32,000 nucleotides of DNA from Synechocystis sp. PCC 6803 substr. PCC-P (GCF_000284455.1 NC_017039.1:150001-182000), one strand, 5' to 3'; positions 8,757 to 18,152 are shown, counted from the first letter of the stretch. Notes: generated from the letters alone by a model not told the origin. A program made the numbers and translations.

Positions 8757-9737
8757 TTAATGACATAAATCCTTCCCCTGTTCATTGAATTCGTCGGTGT
8801 TGGCGGTTAGGAATTGCCAGCGGTAGCTGTTGGATTGGAGTTCCATTTTCAGCACTCCATAAACTCCCATTGCCTGAACTTCACTGTTGGGGCGCACGGT
8901 TTTGAAAGGATAAAGACTTTTGCCGCCGGTGCCAATGACAAATTGCCTCAGCCCCTTTTCCCTATCCAATTCACCCTGGGCATTTTGGGGGGCAAATCTT
9001 TCGTACAGGTGGTCGTGCCCCGATAGCACCAATTCCGCACCGCCATCGTAGAGGGTCTGCCATAGGTCCGCCATTTGCTTTTGGTTACCGTGCACACCAG
9101 AGGAATAAAGGGGGTGGTGCCAATAGGCTAGGGTACAGACTTTGTTGTTTTCGGCTAAATCTTGCCTGAGCCATTCCTGTTGGGCCGATCCCATTTCGCA
9201 ACCGCCAATGTATTGGCAGTTGGAATTGAGGGCAATAAAATGCCAGTCCCCCTGGTCGTAGCTGTAATAGCCCTTTTGGCGATCGCCGGCTAGTTGGCCA
9301 AAATAATCAAAGTAGTCCGCCGCATCTTTGCCGGGGCCGTAATATTCATGGTTACCTGGCACAGGGCGGCTGATGGCATCGAATTTTCCCCAGGTGGGTT
9401 GATAGGAAGCTTGGTAATTAGCCAATTCTCCCCGTTCGTACTGGTTATCCCCTAGCGGTAAAACTAGATCAGGATTAGCGCTAGCAACCAAATTAGCTGT
9501 GGCGGCCATCTGGCAACGGTCTGCTGTACCTAAACTGTTATTAAAGCCGGGATCTTCGGGGGCACAGGCAATATCTCCCGCCGCCACAATAACCAACCCA
9601 GGAGAGGAGCTTTGGGTGGGGGCATCCTTGGCCAGATTAACCGGGACTGGATTTTGGTCAAAGTTGGCAACCAGCAAAAAAGCTATGGTGACCAGGGTAA
9701 TAAATAACCCAATCACCGGTAAACGGGAAAGACCCAT
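8757..9737 (-). CDS. Membrane-anchored metallophosphoesterase (calcineurin-like / purple-acid-phosphatase-like)
   Basis: N-terminal TM (LPVIGLFITLVTIAFLLV). The metallophosphoesterase motif series is present: GDIAC, GDNQYE, GNHEY, WHHPLYSSG, SGHDHLYER. Confidence 0.8.
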   Translation of the reverse strand: MGLSRLPVIGLFITLVTIAFLLVANFDQNPVPVNLAKDAPTQSSSPGLVIVAAGDIACAPEDPGFNNSLGTADRCQMAATANLVASANPDLVLPLGDNQYERGELANYQASYQPTWGKFDAISRPVPGNHEYYGPGKDAADYFDYFGQLAGDRQKGYYSYDQGDWHFIALNSNCQYIGGCEMGSAQQEWLRQDLAENNKVCTLAYWHHPLYSSGVHGNQKQMADLWQTLYDGGAELVLSGHDHLYERFAPQNAQGELDREKGLRQFVIGTGGKSLYPFKTVRPNSEVQAMGVYGVLKMELQSNSYRWQFLTANTDEFNEQGKDLCH

Positions 9738-9811
9738 AAGTTATCACAGGGGTGGTGGCACAAGAGGGCAAAATTCCCCCGCGTCCGTAAACTTTTCAAC
9801 TACTCAAAAAA

Positions 9812-9961
9812 CTAGCGACCCATTTTTTTATCCCGATCCTGCCGACGGCGATCGCGCCATTCCAGGGTGGTGAGGTAGAGAATGCCACCACTAACAAGCA
9901 CTAGCATCACCAGGGCCGCTAAAAAAAGGGTGTTGAGGACAGGAGTAGGAGTTGCTTCCAC
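9812..9961 (-). CDS. Candidate 49-codon single-TM micro-protein (unverified)
   Basis: My own translation from GTG 9961 is (M)EATPTPVLNTLFLAALVMLVLVSGGILYLTTLEWRDRRRQDRDKKMGR*. It has one clear TM helix and a strongly basic tail. It is below the track's length cut-off. The non-ATG start and the lack of a family match I can recall keep confidence low. Confidence 0.3.
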   Translation of the reverse strand: MEATPTPVLNTLFLAALVMLVLVSGGILYLTTLEWRDRRRQDRDKKMGR

Positions 9962-10003
9962 GGTATCAAAGACTCTTAAACAACGGGAAATCCAGGTTTA
10001 ATC

Positions 10004-10093
10004 CTAGAAGCCGTTCCGACCCCATACCACCATGCTGATGGACCAGGTGAACAGAACTAACACGCTTACCCAACCTAATGTCAAAATGTCCAT
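10004..10093 (-). CDS. petN: Cytochrome b6f complex subunit 8 (PetN)
   Basis: My own translation from ATG 10093 is [29 protein letters not shown], with the stop at cta 10004-10006. It is 29 aa and matches the conserved PetN sequence. It is too short for the ORF track. Confidence 0.9.
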   Translation of the reverse strand: MDILTLGWVSVLVLFTWSISMVVWGRNGF

Positions 10094-10257
10094 AGTCTTT
10101 TGTTAAATACGCCAATAAAAACAAGCTTTGCCAGCCTTTATCTTACGGCGATCGGGCAAAATTTTAAAGCTTGCCTCAGGGACAAAACGCCCGAGCTAAT
10201 CTCCCCTGGAACCATCATTGTCTCTATCCCCTTTTTTCTCCCCCAAAGCTAGAAACC

Positions 10258-11058
10258 ATGGCCCTGTTTAACCATTATCAGGTGGAAACCCCCGAAAGCG
10301 TAGAATTGGAATTTACTTTGGCGGGCATCGGCAATCGTCTCTATGCGGTGCTGATCGACTATGTCTGTCTGGGAAGCGTTGTTTTAATTTTGCTAATTAT
10401 TTGGGCGGTGTTGGCCTATAACCTTTCCCTCTACGCCTCCGGGGAATGGCAACTCTGGCTCACCGCTATCCAAATTTTCCTCATTTTTGCGGTTTATGTG
10501 GGTTATTTTGTCTTTTTTGAAACCCTCTGGCAGGGTCAAACCCCCGGTAAACGCAGGGCTAAAATTCGGGTAATTCGGGGAGATGGCCGCCCCGTTGGCT
10601 TACAGGAAGCTAGTTTAAGAGCTCTGTTCCGCCCCATTGATGATTTTCTTTACATCGGCGCTTTATTAATCATTTTTGGCCGGCGGGAAAAACGCATTGG
10701 AGATTTACTGGCGGGGACTTTAGTGATTCGGGAAAGTCGGGATCAAAGAGGCGATCGCCTAAAACTGCAACAACCGGAGCAAGCGAAGATTCTCGCCGCT
10801 GAGTTAGCACAATGCCCTGGTTTAGAAAGAATTACAGCAGACCATTGGTTAGTGATCCGGGATTATTTACTCCGACGGGGAGATTTACTACCCAAGGCCA
10901 GGCAACAGGCGGAGAAAAGGTTAGCCAAACAGGTACAAGAACGTCTGCGTCTCACCGCTCCCTCGGCCGATAATCCCCCCGAAGTTTTGCTAGAAGCAGT
11001 TTATCTTGCCTGCCAAGACCGCCAAACAACCCTGACTAAGCCCAAGTTTGAATTGTAA
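10258..11058 (+). CDS. RDD-family membrane protein
   Basis: The track ORF starts at 10171. ATG 10258 (MALFNHYQVETPESVELEFTLAGIGNRLYAVLIDY...) gives the usual RDD-domain N-terminus. Three TM segments and the R..D..D pattern (KRIGDLLAGTLV) are present. Confidence 0.75.
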   Translation: MALFNHYQVETPESVELEFTLAGIGNRLYAVLIDYVCLGSVVLILLIIWAVLAYNLSLYASGEWQLWLTAIQIFLIFAVYVGYFVFFETLWQGQTPGKRRAKIRVIRGDGRPVGLQEASLRALFRPIDDFLYIGALLIIFGRREKRIGDLLAGTLVIRESRDQRGDRLKLQQPEQAKILAAELAQCPGLERITADHWLVIRDYLLRRGDLLPKARQQAEKRLAKQVQERLRLTAPSADNPPEVLLEAVYLACQDRQTTLTKPKFEL

Positions 11059-11087
11059 AGTTTTTGAAAATGCCGTAACACTGGCAA

Positions 11088-11642
11088 TTAGGCTTGTAAT
11101 TCTGCCAACCGGGCCAAAACTTCTTCACTGTGGGTGGCGGGTCTCACTCCCAGAAATCTTTCCCGCAAAATACCCTCGGGATCGATGACGTAGGTGTGTC
11201 GTAGGGCCATGCCACTGAGCCAAGAGCCATAGGTCTTGATTACTGCCCCGTCGGAGTCCGCCAGCAGGGGAAACTTAAGCCCTTCCGCATCACAAAAAGC
11301 TTCATGGGAGTCTAAGTCGTCCACACTTACCCCAATTACCTGGGCATTGAGAGCTTGATATTTGGTCAAATCCCGCTGGAAACGCTGGGCCTCCAAGGTA
11401 CAACCGGGGGTAAAGTCCTGGGGATAGAAATATAAAACCACCCATTGACCCCGGTAATCTGTCAAATTAACTTCCCCTTCTCCGGTGGTGCTGGGCAGGG
11501 TGAACAGGGGCGCAGGTTGATCCAACTCTGGTTGGATACCCCCCAGGGCATAGGTGGGTAAGTCTGCCAATCCTAGCCATAAACCTAGGGTTAAAAGTAG
11601 GGCAATGATAGTTTTTGGCCAGGAGAATTTTTTGCTTGTCAT
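11088..11642 (-). CDS. bcp: Peroxiredoxin, PrxQ/BCP type, with N-terminal export signal
   Basis: The active-site motif is FYPQDFTPGCTLEA within a thioredoxin fold. The N-terminus is signal-like (MTSKKFSWPKTIIALLLTLGLWLGLADLPTYALG). Confidence 0.85.
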   Translation of the reverse strand: MTSKKFSWPKTIIALLLTLGLWLGLADLPTYALGGIQPELDQPAPLFTLPSTTGEGEVNLTDYRGQWVVLYFYPQDFTPGCTLEAQRFQRDLTKYQALNAQVIGVSVDDLDSHEAFCDAEGLKFPLLADSDGAVIKTYGSWLSGMALRHTYVIDPEGILRERFLGVRPATHSEEVLARLAELQA

Positions 11643-11767
11643 AGGGGATGTTTTAAACTTGCTACACCGAGTTACCGGCGAGAATAAATTGCTTTACCTG
11701 TTATTGTTCCACAGCTTTTTGGGGACAGCAGGCTGCTGTTATTGACCTGCAACAACCCAGGGGCCAA

Positions 11768-13663
11768 CTACTCCACGGTGACGGACTTAGCCAAATTACG
11801 GGGTTGATCCACGTCTAACCCCCGGCGGGCGGCAATATGGTAGGACAAAAGTTGCAGGGGAATCACTGCCACAATAGGGGAAAGCATTTCCTCCACGTGG
11901 GGCACTAACAATAAATCATCGAACACAGAACGGGCCTGGCTGTCGTCCATGGGAGTAACCCCGATGAGCCTGGCATCCCTGGCTTTGGCTTCCTGGGCAT
12001 TAGAAATTACCTTGTCATGCACTGAACCCGGCATGGCGATCGCCACCACTGGGACTTTGGCATCCAGGAGGGCAATGGGGCCGTGTTTCATTTCCCCGGC
12101 GGGGTAACCTTCTGCATGGATATAACTAATTTCCTTGAGTTTTAAAGCTCCCTCCAGCGCAATGGGAAAATTGATGCCCCGACCAAGGAAAATAAAGTCT
12201 TGGGTTTCGGCAAATTCATGGGCTAGGGCTTCAATAGCACTACCCTGTTGTTCCAAAATGGTTTCAATTTGGGCGGGTAATTGTCGCAGACCAACCATGA
12301 TGTGTTCTATGGCTTCCAAGCTCAGGCTGTGTCGCTGAAAGGCAATGTCCAGGGCGAGAAAATAAAAGGCCAACACTTGGGCCACAAAGGTTTTGGTGGC
12401 GGCCACCCCAATTTCAATGCCAGCGTGGGTATTAATAATCTCATTAACCATGGTAGCCAAGGTACTTTCCGGACGGTTGGTAATGCCCAAAATCAGGGGT
12501 TTATAGTCGTCTTCCAAAGTTAAGCGCCGTTGTTTTTCCATTTCCAGGGCGGCCAAAGTATCCGCCGTTTCCCCCGACTGAGTCACGCCAATGGTGAGGG
12601 TGTGGGGCGTCAGGGGAGGGGCCGCATAGCGAAATTCCGAAGCGTAATGCACTGTGGTGGGAATGCCGGCCAATTGCTCTAGTAAATATTTCCCCACCAG
12701 ACCCGCATGCCAACTAGTACCACAGGCCAGAACTTGAATATGTTGGAGATTTTTGGTCAACTGGGGGTCTAAACCCAGGAATACGGGACTATGGCTAGGA
12801 TGGTCGGCGGCCCGCCATTGTTCATTGAGATAAGTTGCTAAACAAGTGCGGACAACGGCTGGTTGCTCGTAGATTTCCTTGAGCATAAAGTGCCGAAAGC
12901 CCTGTTTTTCAACGGTGGTGGCGCTCCAATCGAGGGTGCGGGGTAATTTTCTCACCCTTTTCAGGTTAAAGTCGTAAACTTCTACCCCCAGGGGCGTTAA
13001 CCTGGCAATTTCTCCATTCTCCAAAGAAAGTACTGTGGTGGTGTGGTGCACTAAGGCTGTCACATCGGACGCACAAAAGAATTCCCCCTGGCCAAAGCCC
13101 AGAATTAAGGGTGCTTGCTGTCGGGCCACAATTAGTTGCTCTGGACAATGGGCATCTAAAACGGCGATCGCAAAGGCTCCCTCTAGCTGATGTACGGCCT
13201 TGCCAATGGCTTCCAGTAGAGCTTCGTCTGGATCATCACTGGGCAAATCCTTAAGGATGTCGGCAATCAAAATCGGAATGACCTCGGTATCCGTCTCCGA
13301 ATAAAACTGGTAACCCTTTTCCTTTAACTGATCCCTCAGGGTTTGATAATTTTCGATGATGCCATTCTGCACAACGGCGATGCGTTGCTGGTTATCCAAG
13401 TGGGGGTGGGCGTTATGCTCCTCCGGTTTACCGTGGGTGGCCCAACGGGTATGTCCAATGCCCAGGCGGGAAAAGTTGCTGTGGTTTTCTAGCTTTTCCT
13501 TGAGGTTAAATAGTTTGCCCTTAGCCCGCACCGACTCAATTTTTCCTTCGGTGACCGTAGCAATGCCGGCGGAGTCATAACCTCTGTATTCTAAGCGTTC
13601 TAGCCCTTCAATGAGGATATTTACTGCCGTTTGGGTGCCGATGTAACCAACGATGCCACACAT
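11768..13663 (-). CDS. glmS: Glutamine--fructose-6-phosphate aminotransferase (isomerising)
   Basis: 631 aa. MCGIVGY provides the N-terminal nucleophile Cys. Two SIS domains are present, with the C-terminal ...KSVTVE typical of GlmS. Confidence 0.95.
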   Translation of the reverse strand: MCGIVGYIGTQTAVNILIEGLERLEYRGYDSAGIATVTEGKIESVRAKGKLFNLKEKLENHSNFSRLGIGHTRWATHGKPEEHNAHPHLDNQQRIAVVQNGIIENYQTLRDQLKEKGYQFYSETDTEVIPILIADILKDLPSDDPDEALLEAIGKAVHQLEGAFAIAVLDAHCPEQLIVARQQAPLILGFGQGEFFCASDVTALVHHTTTVLSLENGEIARLTPLGVEVYDFNLKRVRKLPRTLDWSATTVEKQGFRHFMLKEIYEQPAVVRTCLATYLNEQWRAADHPSHSPVFLGLDPQLTKNLQHIQVLACGTSWHAGLVGKYLLEQLAGIPTTVHYASEFRYAAPPLTPHTLTIGVTQSGETADTLAALEMEKQRRLTLEDDYKPLILGITNRPESTLATMVNEIINTHAGIEIGVAATKTFVAQVLAFYFLALDIAFQRHSLSLEAIEHIMVGLRQLPAQIETILEQQGSAIEALAHEFAETQDFIFLGRGINFPIALEGALKLKEISYIHAEGYPAGEMKHGPIALLDAKVPVVAIAMPGSVHDKVISNAQEAKARDARLIGVTPMDDSQARSVFDDLLLVPHVEEMLSPIVAVIPLQLLSYHIAARRGLDVDQPRNLAKSVTVE

Positions 13664-14036
13664 GGAGATTCCCCAATGATAGTGAAGATGATCAAATTGC
13701 CCTCCAGTTTAGCTTTTTCCTTCTGCCCAATGACAAATCTATCGCCCCCCATGGCAATTAGCTGGGTATGGTAATGGGCTTTCGGGAGGAACTTGGCACA
13801 GGGGCGGACTATATCCCCAAAACTGACGTCAGCATGGCATTGGGGGATTTAGGAATTGCTAACCTATGACCATAAACAGAAACACCGTTTTGCTCAGTTT
13901 AAAGCTGTTCTCACTTCCCACCCTGATGTCTGCCATAGCCAAGACGGCGATCGCCATCATTAGAAGCGTAAAGAAGTCCGAGATGGAAACTCAAGGTTAG
14001 AAACTGCTAGCGAGTTGATCACAACCATGACAGCGC

Positions 14037-15821
14037 CTAATATTGTCCCCCCGATTTGCGGTGTCGTATGGCAGTGATGCCGTTGGGTTGTAACACTTGT
14101 CCGGCCTGAACTGTTGCATAAACCAGGACATGATCGCCTATATTCGACCAAGATTGGACGAGGCATTCAAGATAAGCCAGCGCCTCCGCTAGAATCAGAC
14201 AGCCATTCTGGGTTGAATAATGTTCCAATCTGCTGAAGGGATTATCCCCATCTTTCGGCAGGGGCTGGTGATCAAAATGACGCCGTACACTCCTACCTTC
14301 CTGCAGAAGATTGAGCACAAAAGCCTTATTTTGTCCGGCCAAACCGTAGGCATCAAATTCGCCCGGAATTGCGAGCATAATGCCAGGGGGAGTGAAGCTG
14401 GCTTGGGAAACCCAGGAGGTCAAAATCCCTTGATGGCGGCCAGTTGTTTGGGTTGTAACCACACCAATGGAGCCGATAATACGTCCCACTGCCTGCTGAG
14501 TGCGGTCAGCCTGGGTTTCGGTAGTGGCTTGACGGGCAATCCTCTGACGCTTGTGGGTACGGAGTTGCCGCGCGAAATTTGCGCCAGAGGTTGTGCAAAC
14601 ATCTAGGGCATCGAGATTGGGACTGAATTGGATGCGGATGGCCTCAAAGCCGAAGCGATAGCCGCCATCTTTTAGCTTATTTTCAATCAAATCAATAGCT
14701 TCACCGCTCCAGCCATAGGAACCAAAGACTCCGGCCAATTTAGTTTTGGTTGCGGAAGATAAAACAATCCCTAATGCCGTTTGGATTTGAACGGGGGCAT
14801 GGCTCCCCAGGGTAGGAGAACCGACAATAAAACCATCACAGGCCTGAATTGCTTCGACAATTTCGTTTGGTTCTGCGATTTCACAGTTAATTGTTTCGAC
14901 GGCAACACCGGCCTTGACTAATCCTTGGGCGATCGCCCGGGCCATGGTTGCTGTATTGCCATAGGCGGAAGCATAGATCAATGCTACTTTGAGGGTCTGG
15001 CTAGGTTGTTGTTGACACCATTGGCGATAATCACTGTACAGACGACTAAGGCTAAAACGAACCAAGGGGCCATGGCCAGGGGCAATCATTTTCAGCGTTA
15101 ACGGATCAAACTGATCCAGTGCTGTTTCGACCTGTCTAGTTTGGGGAGCATGCAAACAATCAAAGTAAAAACGGCGATCGCCGCCTAATTGTCGCCAGTC
15201 CTCATCAAAAATGGCATCGCCACAAACATGCGTGCCAAACAACTTGTCACTAAAAAGAATCTGGCTACCTGCATCGTAGGCACATAAACCGTCAGGCCAG
15301 CGGGGGGTAGGCAAGGTCATCAACTGGAGCTTATGGCCCCGGCCCAAATCCAGCATGTCCTGGGACCGCACGGTCTGGAATCTTTCTTCCCAATGGGGAA
15401 AGGTGGCTTTAAGCACCTTCGCCGCAGGACGAGAACAAATAAGCTTGGCCTTGGTTGCCCGACGCAGTAATTGCTCCAGGGTAACCATGCGATTGGGATT
15501 AACATGGCTTGCAACAATGTAGTCAAGCTGGGCTAAATCCAAATATTTGGGTAATTCCGCTAGATACAAATCACAAAATGACTCTCCCGGAGGATCAATC
15601 AATGCCGTATGGTCGGCCTGAATCAGATAGGAATTAGAAGTAGTGCCCCGACGGCGACCATATTCCACCTCAAATTTAAGTCGATCCCAGAGGCGAGACC
15701 GTAACACTTTGGTTTGAGGGGCAATTTCCGCAACCTGAATATCCCGAGGCAGGGAAGCAACGAAAATTGAATCTGACGGACTATGCAAAGCTTGGGAAAG
15801 ACCACCAATTGGAGAAATCAT
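14037..15821 (-). CDS. flv2: Flavodiiron protein Flv2 (class C: metallo-beta-lactamase-like + flavodoxin-like + flavin-reductase domains)
   Basis: The three-domain architecture is readable in the translation. I place the start at ATG 15821 (MISPIGGLSQ...), preceded by a GAGGT Shine-Dalgarno-like element; the track ORF extends to 15950 and would overlap the upstream gene. The diiron motif position reads HVNPNR, which is non-canonical. Confidence 0.88.
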   Translation of the reverse strand: MISPIGGLSQALHSPSDSIFVASLPRDIQVAEIAPQTKVLRSRLWDRLKFEVEYGRRRGTTSNSYLIQADHTALIDPPGESFCDLYLAELPKYLDLAQLDYIVASHVNPNRMVTLEQLLRRATKAKLICSRPAAKVLKATFPHWEERFQTVRSQDMLDLGRGHKLQLMTLPTPRWPDGLCAYDAGSQILFSDKLFGTHVCGDAIFDEDWRQLGGDRRFYFDCLHAPQTRQVETALDQFDPLTLKMIAPGHGPLVRFSLSRLYSDYRQWCQQQPSQTLKVALIYASAYGNTATMARAIAQGLVKAGVAVETINCEIAEPNEIVEAIQACDGFIVGSPTLGSHAPVQIQTALGIVLSSATKTKLAGVFGSYGWSGEAIDLIENKLKDGGYRFGFEAIRIQFSPNLDALDVCTTSGANFARQLRTHKRQRIARQATTETQADRTQQAVGRIIGSIGVVTTQTTGRHQGILTSWVSQASFTPPGIMLAIPGEFDAYGLAGQNKAFVLNLLQEGRSVRRHFDHQPLPKDGDNPFSRLEHYSTQNGCLILAEALAYLECLVQSWSNIGDHVLVYATVQAGQVLQPNGITAIRHRKSGGQY

Positions 15822-15870
15822 GGATTTAACCTCGAATAAAGACAAGAGGGAGCGGGGATGGTCAAGATAA

Positions 15871-16389
15871 TCAAATTGATGGGGACTCCTTACCAGACTG
15901 ACGAATTTGATGGCGGCGGGAGATTTCCCGTTCAGGATCGACCCCTTCAAACGTGGGGGGTAACCAAACCCGCACTACGAGCAAAACACCCAGAATGAGC
16001 AGAAATGAACAAGCTGCCAGCACTTGCTCCCAAGGCACTTCCAGAACGCCCCGGACAATAATTTCTCTTAGAACCGAAACAATTGAGACTTCCACTGCAA
16101 CTCCGATGGAAACCCGGTGTTCCTGCAGATAAATAATCAGCAATCGAAACAGTTCCACTAAAATCAGCAGAAATAAAATGTCGGCGGTGACCCGGGGAAA
16201 ATCCAGGGGAGGAAAAAGGGAGACAAACATTTCCCGCAACTGCATCACCATAAAACTGAACAGGCCGACGCAAAGGGAAATCACAATAAAGTCCTGCACC
16301 GTTTCCAGTAGACGCACCACCACGGCACGACTGAAATATAGGAGAGTAGGCTTTGCGTCCGAATCCACATTGGTTGAGAGGAGTTGCAT
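15871..16389 (-). CDS. Small four-TM membrane protein encoded between flv4 and flv2 (Sll0218-type, PsiE-like)
   Basis: I place the start at ATG 16389 (MQLLSTNVDSD...), 172 aa, just after the flv4 stop at 16416. The track ORF (to 16509) would overlap flv4. There are four hydrophobic helices. The PsiE-like assignment is from memory. Confidence 0.75.
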   Translation of the reverse strand: MQLLSTNVDSDAKPTLLYFSRAVVVRLLETVQDFIVISLCVGLFSFMVMQLREMFVSLFPPLDFPRVTADILFLLILVELFRLLIIYLQEHRVSIGVAVEVSIVSVLREIIVRGVLEVPWEQVLAACSFLLILGVLLVVRVWLPPTFEGVDPEREISRRHQIRQSGKESPSI

Positions 16390-16415
16390 GAGAAAATCCC
16401 AGGTAGAAGGTGAAC

Positions 16416-18152
16416 TTAGTAGTGGTTGCCCAGTTTGCGGTGGTGAGTGGCGGTTAGGGCATTCAATTTGGCGACTCGTCCAGTTTGTATGGTGCTGTAG
16501 ACCAACCAATGGTCATTGCCATCAAGACGGGAGGTAACCTCACATTCCAGATAAGCTAGGGTTTCCAACAGGATCGGAGAACCGTTCTGGGCAGGATAGG
16601 TGTTAACTCCGGCAAAGCGGTCTGCCCCTGGGGGAAAACGGAGGAGGAAATGGCGCATGAGGCTTTGATAGTTGTCCTCTTCCAGCACATTGAGCACGAA
16701 AGTATCGCCGGGATGGAGTAATGATTCGATCGCCCGGTCTTTGGCCACTGCAATGACAATGCCCAGGGGTTCAAAGCTGCCTTGAATCACCCAGGAAGCT
16801 AACATGGCACTCCGCACATCTCCCTTTTGAGCGGTTAAAATATACAGTCCAGTGCTGAGGCGACCGATCGCCTGATTGAGTTCTGGATCAAGGTCTGTAT
16901 TTGCCTGCTGGGATTGTTTCTGGGTGAGGTACTGGCCCAGATCGGTACCCGCTTCACGGCAAAGCTGATCCGTGGCGGCCGTTGGTTCGGTCTTGAGCAA
17001 AATTGGCTCAAAGGCTTCTTGCAAACCCAATTCCTGGAAGCGATTGCGGAGGGGGTAAATGGGCTCATCCTGTCCTCCCCCGCTTTCAAACAGGCCGATA
17101 ACTTGTTTGGGATGTACCGCCGCTAAAATGGTGCCCAACAAAGGGTCTAGGGTGGTTGAAGTGGAAGATTGGGGAGGCATACCAACCACCAGGCCTGCCG
17201 CACATTGGGCCAGGGTACGAACCTCGTGGGTATCCGCCACACTTAGATCGACTAGTTCAATGGCCACACCGGTTTTACTGATGCCATCGGCAATGGTCTG
17301 CACCAGGCGATCGCTCACCCCATACCCATCTACATAAAATAGGGCCACAAAGGTTTCAGCTTTGACCTGGTTTTGACTCCAGGCATCGTACTGTCCAAGC
17401 CAATGGGAAATGTGATGTTGCAATAGCGGCCCATGGCCCGTTGCCACTAGAACAACCTGCAGCGGTGCAATGCGTTTTAATGCCATCAACACCGAGCGGG
17501 CATTGGAGCCCATCAAGCAATTGTAATAGTATTGGAAATCAGGTTCGAGTCGTTCTGGCGTTTCATCGAAAAGGGAATCATCGCAATAGTGCATGCCAAA
17601 AACATCGCAGGTATAGAGTACCTGGGTACCCGAGTCATAGGTCAAAATTGTGTCGGGCCAATGCAAATTGGGCGCTGAAATAAATTGCAACTCATGGCCC
17701 TGGCCCAAATCCAGGCTGTGGCCACTTTTGACAATCTGTGACTCAAAAGGTCGGTGTACGAGCTTTTCCAAGAATTGGATGGCCACCTTGGAGCCCACCA
17801 CCGTCACCTGGGGGGCCAGTTCTAAGAGGTCTGGAATCAGTCCACTGTGGTCTGGTTCTGTATGATTGACGATCAAATAGTCGAGACTTCTGAGATCAAC
17901 TAGATCCTGCAACAGTTGCAAGTAGACGGCCTCAAACTTGCGATGGGACGTGTCGATGAGGGCCGTTTTTTCCCCTCGGATTAAAAATGAGTTGTAGGTT
18001 GTGCCATGGCGTAACTCAAACTCAATATCAAAGCGATCCCGATCCCAGTCAAGGCAACGAATCGCTGTGGTGTGGGCTGCAATGTCCGCGGTTTGGAGTG
18101 TTAAGCGGGGCTGGACAGCAGCAGAGGTTGGAGAATCAATTAGGGTAACCAT
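16416..18152 (-). CDS. flv4: Flavodiiron protein Flv4 (class C)
   Basis: 578 aa with the same three-domain architecture. The canonical diiron ligand motif HTEPDH is at 17847-17864, which I verified codon by codon. Confidence 0.9.
   Translation of the reverse strand: MVTLIDSPTSAAVQPRLTLQTADIAAHTTAIRCLDWDRDRFDIEFELRHGTTYNSFLIRGEKTALIDTSHRKFEAVYLQLLQDLVDLRSLDYLIVNHTEPDHSGLIPDLLELAPQVTVVGSKVAIQFLEKLVHRPFESQIVKSGHSLDLGQGHELQFISAPNLHWPDTILTYDSGTQVLYTCDVFGMHYCDDSLFDETPERLEPDFQYYYNCLMGSNARSVLMALKRIAPLQVVLVATGHGPLLQHHISHWLGQYDAWSQNQVKAETFVALFYVDGYGVSDRLVQTIADGISKTGVAIELVDLSVADTHEVRTLAQCAAGLVVGMPPQSSTSTTLDPLLGTILAAVHPKQVIGLFESGGGQDEPIYPLRNRFQELGLQEAFEPILLKTEPTAATDQLCREAGTDLGQYLTQKQSQQANTDLDPELNQAIGRLSTGLYILTAQKGDVRSAMLASWVIQGSFEPLGIVIAVAKDRAIESLLHPGDTFVLNVLEEDNYQSLMRHFLLRFPPGADRFAGVNTYPAQNGSPILLETLAYLECEVTSRLDGNDHWLVYSTIQTGRVAKLNALTATHHRKLGNHY

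Noticed and set aside
11720-11740. Inverted repeat ACAGCAGGCTGCTGT downstream of glmS as a terminator
   Set aside because: The stem leaves only a minimal loop and is not followed by a T-run in the glmS (minus) orientation, so support is insufficient to call a terminator.
13664-14036. Possibility of a glmS ribozyme/riboswitch in the long glmS leader
   Set aside because: The glmS ribozyme is characteristic of Gram-positive bacteria, and I could not recognise its conserved core in this spacer. The long spacer is kept as a low-interest finding only.
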